DNA of 43,572 bases, taken from assembly GCA_035404205.1 (NCBI GenBank), contig DAONGQ010000003.1, forward strand, positions 1 through 43,572. The letters are read 5' to 3'. The DNA is from Minisyncoccota bacterium (GTDB lineage: Bacteria; Patescibacteriota; Minisyncoccia; UBA6257; JAVHQB01). Shown here piece by piece: positions 27,675 through 35,575 of the stretch. The position numbers were made by a program, and so were the translations under genes. The first letter of the stretch is position 1; the number at the start of each line of letters is the position of its first letter. The notes beneath the pieces are model-generated. The model made no database searches, was not told the origin of the DNA, and saw only the letters and a list, made by a program, of their open reading frames with translations.

Positions 27675-28688
27675 CTAACGACCGCTATGGGTAATAATAC
27701 TTTTTTTATAAACTTCTAAATTATCCAATACCACGCCAGTTCCCTTAGCGACGCAAAATAGAGGCTCTTCTGCTATATAGGCGTTCACTCCTGTGGCTTT
27801 ATGAAGCAATTCGTCGATATTGCGCAATTGCGCCCCGCCACCGGAAACAATCATTCCTCGGTCCATCACGTCAGCCGCCAACTCAGGAGGAGTTTCTGAT
27901 AAAACGTTTTTTACCGCTTGAATGATTTCTTTCATGGGTCCGTTAATAGCTTCGGCAATTTCATTAGCTGCCAAATTTAAGGTACGAGGCAGGCCCTCAG
28001 TTAAATCTAATCCCCTGATGTCCATATCGCTTTTTTCTCTCATAGGTAGCGCCGTGCCAATCTTTATTTTTACCTCCTCGGCAGTTCTTTCTCCTACGGC
28101 CATGTTATATTTTTTTCGGATATATTCTACTATAGCCTCATCTATCTTATTGCCAGCAACACGTACCGAAGCCGATGCTACTATGCCACCCAAAGCAATC
28201 ACGGCCACCTCGGTAGTACCACCGCCAATATTGACAATCATATTCCCAGCCGCAGAATTAATAGGGATATTAGCGCCCAAAGCTGCTAAAATAGGCTCTT
28301 TAACCACATAGGCCTCATGGGCGCCAGCCTCCCTGGCAGCATCAATTACAGCCCGTTTTTCGGTAGAAGTAATGCCTACAGGCACAGAAATCATCACATC
28401 CGGTTGAAAGATATGCCAATTACCCATAGCCTTGTTAATAAAATAGCGCAACATAGCTTTAGTCACGCGATAATCAGCAATCACGCCATCTTTTAAGGGT
28501 TTGTAAGTTCTTATAATTTCTGGAGTTCTGCCGAGCATTTCCCGGGCTTCAGCCCCTATAGCCACAACATTATTATCATCAACTGAAATAGCTACTACCG
28601 ACGGTTCATTGATAACCACCCCTTTCTTTGGTACAAAAACCAAGGTGTTTGCCGTGCCCAAATCGATACCCAATTTACGGATGATCAT
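27675..28688 (-). CDS. mreB: Rod shape-determining protein MreB (canonical paralogue)
   Basis: GIDLGTANTLVFV, NIGGGTTEVAVIALGGIV and VSGGGAQLRNIDELL; 337 aa. Confidence 0.92.
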   Translation of the reverse strand: MIIRKLGIDLGTANTLVFVPKKGVVINEPSVVAISVDDNNVVAIGAEAREMLGRTPEIIRTYKPLKDGVIADYRVTKAMLRYFINKAMGNWHIFQPDVMISVPVGITSTEKRAVIDAAREAGAHEAYVVKEPILAALGANIPINSAAGNMIVNIGGGTTEVAVIALGGIVASASVRVAGNKIDEAIVEYIRKKYNMAVGERTAEEVKIKIGTALPMREKSDMDIRGLDLTEGLPRTLNLAANEIAEAINGPMKEIIQAVKNVLSETPPELAADVMDRGMIVSGGGAQLRNIDELLHKATGVNAYIAEEPLFCVAKGTGVVLDNLEVYKKSIITHSGR

Positions 28689-28730
28689 AAAATAGTTTTA
28701 CTCTAGTTTAATCGTTCCCCCTATTAAAGC

Positions 28731-28755
28731 AAAAAACTGGTAAAAATACCAGTTT
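28731..28755 (-). terminator. Intrinsic terminator downstream of murA
   Basis: Minus strand CUGGUA-UUUU-UACCAG followed by UUUUUU. Confidence 0.65.
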
Positions 28756-28801
28756 CTTTTTATTTAAAAAAAGTATATTGCTCTCAAAAAAATCACTTTT
28801 T

Positions 28802-30088
28802 TTAATTAGCAATAACTTCTTTTCTCCTTATATCTGCTCCTAATTTTTGCAATTTTTCATCTAGTTGTTCGTAGCCTCTATCTACTTGGTACGCATTAGT
28901 AATGATGCTTTCTCCTTGCGCTAGCAGAGCAGCTATAATCAGGGCGGCGCCGCTTCTAATATCAAAAGAGTTTATGGTTTGACCAAATAACGATGTCGGG
29001 CCGTTAATCACGGCTCTGTGAGGGTCGGCAATAATAGCGTTAGCCCCCATTTTATTAAGTTCGTCAATGTATTTTAAGCGTCCTTCAAACATGGTGTCAA
29101 AAAGAAGCGATGAGCCAGTAGCCTGGGTAGCTAAAACCCCAAAAACAGATTGCAAATCAGTAGGAATGCCAGGATAAATCTGGGTCTGGATTTTAGAAGC
29201 TTTTAATTGATGAGAGGGCAAAACTTGCACATCAGTTAAACCGTTTTTACCTTTTTTAAAAGTAAAAGCGCCGCCCATTTCCATTAATTTTTTAAAAACC
29301 AAATCGAGGTGCTCGGGAATTACATTTTTAACCAAGAGATTAGAGTGTAGGGCCATGCCCATAATGATATAAGTGCCCGCCTCATTAGTATCGGGAATCA
29401 AGGTATGAGTAGCGCCATGGAGGGTCTTCACTCCCTCTATTTCGTAAATATGAGACCCTTTGTTTTTGATTTTAGCCCCCATTTTATTCAAAAAAGCAAT
29501 GAGGTCCTCTACGTGGGGCTCGGTAGCAGCAATCTTTAGAGTTGTTTTCCCGGGAATCAAAGAAGCCAACATCAACACATTTTCCGTAGCAGTGACGCTA
29601 AATTCTTGCAGGACTACTTCGGCAGAATGTAGATGATTTCGACGAATAAAATATTTATCAGGAAAAACTTGTACCTTAGTCCCTAAGTCCTCTAGGGCAA
29701 TAAGATGGGTATCAATAGGACGAGCGCCAATAATACAACCACCTGGCTGCCTTAATTCAAAAGAGGAAAAACGATGGGTCAATGGGGCCATTAGAAGAAC
29801 CGAGGCTCTAATTTTCTTCACCAAGTCTTGGTTAAGCTTTTTTAGGCTTAAATTTTCGGGTACAATTTTAACAGTATGTTTGTCTAGCCACTCTACCTTG
29901 GCGCCCAAGCTCTCCAATATTTCAATTAATTTTAAAATATCCTGAATCAAGGGAACATTCTTAATAATAGAAGGCTCTCTAGTAAGCAGCGTAGCTGCCA
30001 GAATTGGGATAGCCGCGTTCTTGGAACCAGACACCTCAATCTCTCCCTTCAAAGAATGTCCGCCCTGAATTATAAAAACTTCCGCCAT
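28802..30088 (-). CDS. murA: UDP-N-acetylglucosamine 1-carboxyvinyltransferase
   Basis: Active-site loop QPGGCIIGARPID, SGSKNAAIPILAA, and a 428-aa EPSP-synthase fold. Confidence 0.94.
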   Translation of the reverse strand: MAEVFIIQGGHSLKGEIEVSGSKNAAIPILAATLLTREPSIIKNVPLIQDILKLIEILESLGAKVEWLDKHTVKIVPENLSLKKLNQDLVKKIRASVLLMAPLTHRFSSFELRQPGGCIIGARPIDTHLIALEDLGTKVQVFPDKYFIRRNHLHSAEVVLQEFSVTATENVLMLASLIPGKTTLKIAATEPHVEDLIAFLNKMGAKIKNKGSHIYEIEGVKTLHGATHTLIPDTNEAGTYIIMGMALHSNLLVKNVIPEHLDLVFKKLMEMGGAFTFKKGKNGLTDVQVLPSHQLKASKIQTQIYPGIPTDLQSVFGVLATQATGSSLLFDTMFEGRLKYIDELNKMGANAIIADPHRAVINGPTSLFGQTINSFDIRSGAALIIAALLAQGESIITNAYQVDRGYEQLDEKLQKLGADIRRKEVIAN

Positions 30089-30098
30089 AAATAATCTT

Positions 30099-31541
30099 TT
30101 AAATCAATAATTTACCAACCTTCCTCTTCCAAACCCTATCCTTTTGCCAAACAACCTGACCGTTTATAATGACAACCTCTATTCCCTCCCCCTGATAACT
30201 AGGGTTCTGGTAGTCACCCAGGCTTTGGACTTTATCTGGATTAATAATAACTATATCAGCTAAATAATCTTTCTGCAAAAATCCTCTGTTATCCAGTCCA
30301 GCCATCAAGGCTGGCTGGCTAGTAATTTTAGCTAAAGCAGATGGCCATTTATCGGCCGGGGTATTACTTAAGTGGGTTTTTAGAAAATGATTCACACCGC
30401 TAATAATGTTTGGTCCATAGGAATTATTGTGGACAATAAAAGTTGAATCAAACCCCACATAAGTAAAAGCACTACTCCACCACCCTTCATTTAAATGGTA
30501 GGGAATGAGTATCTTAAAATGATTATCGGGAAAGAGGGAATCTATTTTCGACAGAGTATCTTTGGTATTCATATCCCAATTTCTTTTTATTTCTCCCACA
30601 GTTTTTCCTTGTAGCATCATGGGAATTTGGAAACCAAAAAGAAAGGATGAATTTATTGTTTTCTCCAAATTTTTTATACTATTTAATTGAGAACCTAGCA
30701 GTTTTTCGGCAGCCCGAAGCTCGTACTGGATTGAATCATAGGGCCATACTTGGAAAATTAAATTAGCACCTTTCTTATTTTCTTCTTCGGCAAGAGAGAG
30801 AATCATGTCGCTCACCGATGTAAAGCATCCTAAAAGAGGACAATTGAAAGCAATCGTTATTTGGTGGTTCAAAGATAATTCCCCCAGGCTTCTGATTAAT
30901 AAGGTGTCTGGCAAGCTAAGCGGAAAAAACAACATTAAATTTTTCCCTCTTTTGCTTAAAATGGGGGCGATTTCAGTCAATTGTTTCAGAACCTCCTCTT
31001 GATGTTCCTCTCTGACCTCAAGAGATAATCCGGCAAAATTATGTTGAATTTGGTCAAGAAAAAGACTAAATTGCAACGAGTTTTTAATCCCCCAATTATT
31101 AAGCGTGGTCCACCCCAAAAACGAAGCCAAATTAAGATTGGGACAAGATTTAATAAACAGCTGTAACACCCTCTCCCTAACATCTCCTTTCCCCAGTTTA
31201 GTTTCTAATTTTGTTTTTTGCAGCGGTTGACGGCTGAAATGTTGAAAAATGGATTCGCCCCTGCCGCCAATGACGGCTGTAGTTATTCCTTGTCTTAAAA
31301 GAGAAGAATAGTCTTCAGAGCTATTTTGAGAAACGTCATTATCCAATAAACTGCTCAAATCTATAAATCCTGGGGAAACGATGCGACCCTCTCCATTAAT
31401 AACTTTTGCGCCAAGACGGCTATTTTGTATTGTGCCGATAGCTTGAATTTTACCGTCATGGACCAATAAATCCGACCGAGTTAGCATATTTTCGCCTTGG
31501 CCATTAAACACCCAACCATTTTTGATAAGAATATCGGACAC
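30099..31541 (-). CDS. Amidohydrolase-fold (D-aminoacylase-like) protein lacking the canonical metal ligands
   Basis: GTG start. N-terminal ILIKNGWVFNG...LLVHDGKIQAIG...SPGFIDLSS and C-terminal ADIVIINPDKV...VIINGQVVW match the composite beta-domain of Amidohydro_3 enzymes. The HxH motif is replaced by LSS, and GNCG by GGRG. Confidence 0.6.
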   Translation of the reverse strand: MSDILIKNGWVFNGQGENMLTRSDLLVHDGKIQAIGTIQNSRLGAKVINGEGRIVSPGFIDLSSLLDNDVSQNSSEDYSSLLRQGITTAVIGGRGESIFQHFSRQPLQKTKLETKLGKGDVRERVLQLFIKSCPNLNLASFLGWTTLNNWGIKNSLQFSLFLDQIQHNFAGLSLEVREEHQEEVLKQLTEIAPILSKRGKNLMLFFPLSLPDTLLIRSLGELSLNHQITIAFNCPLLGCFTSVSDMILSLAEEENKKGANLIFQVWPYDSIQYELRAAEKLLGSQLNSIKNLEKTINSSFLFGFQIPMMLQGKTVGEIKRNWDMNTKDTLSKIDSLFPDNHFKILIPYHLNEGWWSSAFTYVGFDSTFIVHNNSYGPNIISGVNHFLKTHLSNTPADKWPSALAKITSQPALMAGLDNRGFLQKDYLADIVIINPDKVQSLGDYQNPSYQGEGIEVVIINGQVVWQKDRVWKRKVGKLLI

Positions 31542-31571
31542 TCTAAATAATTTTAATCGATAACGAAAACG

Positions 31572-32192
31572 TTAAAATTTCGCCACAGGCGTCAAAGAAG
31601 ATTTTTCTTTTTTAAAAACCCAAAAACGATAACCAATAAAATTAATAATAATGCCAAAGACGCTGGCTACCAAAGCCGCCACAACACCCCAGAGACCTTT
31701 ATTTAAGGACAAAAAATTAAAGCGATTAATCAGGGAAGCTAGGTTCACATTGATAGCAAAGGAAACTAAACTTACTAAAAGAAATTTTGACAATTGTTCT
31801 GCTACGGCAGTTTTATGGGCATCTGCGAAACTAAAGTGGCTATTAAAATAATAACTATTAGCTAAGGCAAAAATAAAAGAGAGTGATTTAAAGAGAACGT
31901 AATACCAACCTATAGTTTTAGCAGGATTAAAAAAGAGAAAAAAACTTAAAGCTCCAAGGTCTACTAAGGTATTAAGAATTCCTATAATTAAGAACCGCGC
32001 AGTCGCAGTAAGATGAGCATATTTTTCCCCTATTGCAAAAAGGCAGCCATTGCCGATCCAATAGAATAATATCAATAAAAACCAGTATTTTCTCAATAAT
32101 AAAATTTGAGTATTCAAAATCACACCCCACAGGCCAATGGCTCCTAGAGCGCAGACGATTACCAAGGTTTTTAGACCCGGCTTTAAATTCAT
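31572..32192 (-). CDS. GtrA-family membrane protein (polyprenyl-P-sugar flippase-like) with two extra N-terminal TM helices
   Basis: ARFLIIGILNTLVDLGALSFFLFF and the C-terminal IINFIGYRFWVFKK are the two GtrA signature ends. Confidence 0.65.
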   Translation of the reverse strand: MNLKPGLKTLVIVCALGAIGLWGVILNTQILLLRKYWFLLILFYWIGNGCLFAIGEKYAHLTATARFLIIGILNTLVDLGALSFFLFFNPAKTIGWYYVLFKSLSFIFALANSYYFNSHFSFADAHKTAVAEQLSKFLLVSLVSFAINVNLASLINRFNFLSLNKGLWGVVAALVASVFGIIINFIGYRFWVFKKEKSSLTPVAKF

Positions 32193-32198
32193 AATTCA

Positions 32199-33284
32199 TT
32201 ACTTAACAAGAAACCGATCTAAAAAATAAAGCATTAATCCCACGGCAGCCATAACACCAGAAACTAACCAGAACCTGGGGGTAATATGAGTTTCAGGGTA
32301 CTCCATGCCTTGCTCTTTTAACACTGCTTCATAATGGTGGTGAATAGGAGTAGAACGGAAGACTTTTTTGTGCCTTATTTTTTTAGACAGAGTTTGAATA
32401 ATAACTGAACCCGATTCAAAAACTAAAATAAAGGCAAAGAAAGGTAAGAGCACAGAGGTATTGGTTAGCATGGCTACTACTCCCAAAACAATACCCAAAG
32501 ACATGGCCCCAGTATCTCCCATAAAGAATTTGGCTGGAAATATGTTGTACCATAAAAATGGCACCAAGGCGCCTACTATAGTTACCAGAAAAGCAGCTAG
32601 ATCATAACGACCCTCGGTAAAGGCCACCACCATCATAGCAATAAAAGACACCATGAGAACACCGCCGGCTAAACCGTCTAAACCATCGGTTTCATTAGTA
32701 GAAAAAGCAGCTGCTACTAGAATAAAAATAAAATACAAAATATACCAAACCCCCAGGGAAAAATTACCGACAAAAGGAATTCTAACTACATCGAATTGTA
32801 ATTTAACATAAAACCACCAAGCGCCAATAATAGCGATAAGAGTATATAAGAGAATCTTGCGCTTCATGGTTAAACCCCCTCCCTTGCTACCTATATGCAA
32901 GAAGCCTAAGACATCATCTGCTAGTCCAATTAACGCAGCAGCCAACATGGCCCCTAAGGGCAAATAGGTCTGCGCCCGAGAAAGAAAAGATAAACTACCC
33001 CAAAAGCCATCCAGAGTACGACTTAAAATTGCTAAGATAATGGTGATCAGTAACACAGACCCCCAAATAATTATACCTCCCATGGTAGGGGTACCAGCCT
33101 TATAAAGGTGCATATTGGTGTACACTGGAGTATCGCCGTCATTCCTAATTTGCTTACCAGCTTTAATCTTGATCAAAAATTTAAGAGTTAACGGCGCCAA
33201 AACGAAACCGCCTACTAAGGCCATAGTACCCAAGAGAATTAAACGAATTATTTGACCAGTAATAGAATTAAAAGCAATTGCCAT
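32199..33284 (-). CDS. mraY: Phospho-N-acetylmuramoyl-pentapeptide transferase
   Basis: GTPTMGG, GLADDVLG, NETDGLDGLAGG, MGDTGAMSLG and PIHHHYE motifs. Confidence 0.94.
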   Translation of the reverse strand: MAIAFNSITGQIIRLILLGTMALVGGFVLAPLTLKFLIKIKAGKQIRNDGDTPVYTNMHLYKAGTPTMGGIIIWGSVLLITIILAILSRTLDGFWGSLSFLSRAQTYLPLGAMLAAALIGLADDVLGFLHIGSKGGGLTMKRKILLYTLIAIIGAWWFYVKLQFDVVRIPFVGNFSLGVWYILYFIFILVAAAFSTNETDGLDGLAGGVLMVSFIAMMVVAFTEGRYDLAAFLVTIVGALVPFLWYNIFPAKFFMGDTGAMSLGIVLGVVAMLTNTSVLLPFFAFILVFESGSVIIQTLSKKIRHKKVFRSTPIHHHYEAVLKEQGMEYPETHITPRFWLVSGVMAAVGLMLYFLDRFLVK

Positions 33285-33327
33285 GGTTTAGAATAATAAT
33301 TTCATTATAGCACCAACTAAGGTTTAA

Positions 33328-34266
33328 TTAAATTGTCAGCCCAGCTTTTTTGAATTGGTTAAAAATTATCCAAGAATCGCTAACTCGATCAGTGGACCCT
33401 AAAACAATGCTGGCTACGGTCTGACCATTGTTCAACCGATAAACTAAAATAAGGCACTCACCTGCATTATCGGTAGTTCCAGTTTTACTCAACCATAAAC
33501 CGCTAATTTTATCAATTAAGGCATCGGTATTTTTTACATTATGTTGAATTCCGTCCACCGCTTTGAAAGACAGGCTGGGTAAACGGCTTATAATGCCAAT
33601 TAAGGGGTAATTACGATAAATATAGTCAACCATATTCAATAAATCAGAGGCATTGGAAAAGTTGCCTCTTTCATCTAAACCAGTAGCATCAAAAAAAGCT
33701 GTATCCGTCAGCCCAATTTCTTTAGCCTTTCTATTCATTAAACCAATAAAGCGATTATATCCCATTCCTTCGGAAAGGGCTACCGCGGCATCATTGCTAG
33801 AAAAGACTAATAAATCTCCAAGAAGGTCTTTTACCGTAAATTTTTCTCCAATTTGTAAATAATCGCCATTACCATATGTGTTCACTGCTCGACTAGAAAC
33901 TGTTAATATCGCATTCTGATTTAAATTATCTAATGTAACCATGGCCGTCATCAGTTTAGATAAAGAAGCAATATTCACTAAGACATCAGGATGTCTAGAG
34001 TAATAAACTTCTTTAGTATCGAGATTAGCTACAATAATAGAGCGGGCTTTTAATTGCGGTTCTAAAGCCAGCCAATCTGGATGAGGCACATAAGTAAAGT
34101 TCTTAATGCGGGTATCTCCGTCTGTTGGCAACGACACAGTTTTTTTAGCTACATGGCGCCAGTACCCACAAGCAAAAATAACTATTAAGATTAAAATAGC
34201 TAAACCCGATTGCCAGAGTAGCCTTTTATTGGCTGTGTGGTTATTGGCAAAAAAATTTTTAGTCAT
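33328..34266 (-). CDS. D-alanyl-D-alanine carboxypeptidase (S11, PBP5-like)
   Basis: N-terminal TM helix, with IASLSKLMT (SxxK), FSSNDAA (SxN) and SKTGTT (KTG). Confidence 0.85.
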   Translation of the reverse strand: MTKNFFANNHTANKRLLWQSGLAILILIVIFACGYWRHVAKKTVSLPTDGDTRIKNFTYVPHPDWLALEPQLKARSIIVANLDTKEVYYSRHPDVLVNIASLSKLMTAMVTLDNLNQNAILTVSSRAVNTYGNGDYLQIGEKFTVKDLLGDLLVFSSNDAAVALSEGMGYNRFIGLMNRKAKEIGLTDTAFFDATGLDERGNFSNASDLLNMVDYIYRNYPLIGIISRLPSLSFKAVDGIQHNVKNTDALIDKISGLWLSKTGTTDNAGECLILVYRLNNGQTVASIVLGSTDRVSDSWIIFNQFKKAGLTI

Positions 34267-34269
34267 AAA

Positions 34270-34842
34270 CTACTCAATGGTTTCCATGTTTTCTAGCTTA
34301 GTACTAGTGTTATCAGCTAATAGCGATTGTAGGTCTTTGGCATGGTATTCTTGATAATGAGGCAGGTCCTGGATGCTGGACAAACCCAAATGTTTTAAAT
34401 AATCGGCAGTAATAGAGTAAAGAAAGGCATTGTTCCTATTAGGATTGCTCTGCCTTTCTACCAATCCCCGCAAAACCAATTGATGCAAAATGTAGCCAGA
34501 GTTTACTCCTCGGATTAGATCTATCTGAGACCTCCCCAATGGTCCTCTATAAGCCACTATTGTCAAACATTCCATAGCCGTGGGTGTTAATTTTTCCTCG
34601 AACACGCCAGAAACCAGTTTTTGCACATAGGCCTGATTAAGAGCCTTGCTTAAAATTTGGTAGCTGCCCTCATGTTCAAATAAAGTTAATCCGCTTTTTT
34701 CTTCTTCATACCTTTGTTTTAATTCCGTCAAAGCTTGCTTTACCTCGGCAATGGTAGCTCCCGTACTTTTTACTAAAGTATCCTCCAACAGGGGCTCGCC
34801 GCTAGTAAATAAAAGGCTTTCTAAAATAGATATCAAAACCAT
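34270..34842 (-). CDS. scpB: Segregation and condensation protein B
   Basis: ESLLFTSGEPL start and two winged-helix repeats (AMECLTIVAYRGPLGRSQIDLIRGVNS...LVLRGLVE), downstream of scpA. Confidence 0.88.
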   Translation of the reverse strand: MVLISILESLLFTSGEPLLEDTLVKSTGATIAEVKQALTELKQRYEEEKSGLTLFEHEGSYQILSKALNQAYVQKLVSGVFEEKLTPTAMECLTIVAYRGPLGRSQIDLIRGVNSGYILHQLVLRGLVERQSNPNRNNAFLYSITADYLKHLGLSSIQDLPHYQEYHAKDLQSLLADNTSTKLENMETIE

Positions 34843-34847
34843 AGTGT

Positions 34848-35573
34848 TTAATTAATATTTTCCTTTGCTTCGACTTCTATGTCACCAAAGAGATTCTCTT
34901 GTTGCGCATTGATTTTATTATCTTTAAGCAATTCTAACAAGGCTAAAAAAGTAATAACAATTTCTTCTTTAGCGGCTTCACTGCCTACAGATCTAAAACA
35001 AATTTTACTGCTCACGTTCTTCAACCTTTCTAAAATACTTATAATTTTGTCTTGGAGAGAAATGGCTGGATGTTTTATTTCAGCTTCTGGTGAATGAATA
35101 ACAACTTGGCTTTCCAATTTTTCAAAAAGCATAAGGCAAGCTTCGGATAAGTTAGTGCCACTAACATTTGACGGAGGGTCAAACACCACTGTTTTGCCCA
35201 CCCAGGACGGACGATCAAACATCTGCGTTTGCAGACTCCAATTAGCAGCTAATTCGATTCCCAAATCTTTAAATAATTTATACAGAGCTAGACGCGTCTG
35301 AAGGTCTATAATCTCTTCTTTCTCTTCTGAAGTAACTTCCAGGGTGGGTAATATGGAGCGAGATTTAATTAAAAGAAGAGTGGCGGCTACCTGCAAAAAA
35401 TCAGCTACATTTTCCATATAATTTCCCTGAGCTTGAGTTACCCACGCCAAATAATCTTCGGTCACAGAAGATAACGAAACTTCAGTAATCTCCAAGTGCT
35501 TTTCCTCTATAAGTTTCAAGAGAAGCTCTAGCGGTCCGCTAAATTTATCTAAAGTAACTACAAAACTTGTCAT
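34848..35573 (-). CDS. scpA: Segregation and condensation protein A
   Basis: FSGPLELLLKLIEEKHLEITEVSLSSVTEDYL is a kleisin N-terminal signature. The ATG at 35573 is preferred; the ORF-track start at 35618 is an ATT that overlaps secA. Confidence 0.88.
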   Translation of the reverse strand: MTSFVVTLDKFSGPLELLLKLIEEKHLEITEVSLSSVTEDYLAWVTQAQGNYMENVADFLQVAATLLLIKSRSILPTLEVTSEEKEEIIDLQTRLALYKLFKDLGIELAANWSLQTQMFDRPSWVGKTVVFDPPSNVSGTNLSEACLMLFEKLESQVVIHSPEAEIKHPAISLQDKIISILERLKNVSSKICFRSVGSEAAKEEIVITFLALLELLKDNKINAQQENLFGDIEVEAKENIN

Positions 35574-35575
35574 AA

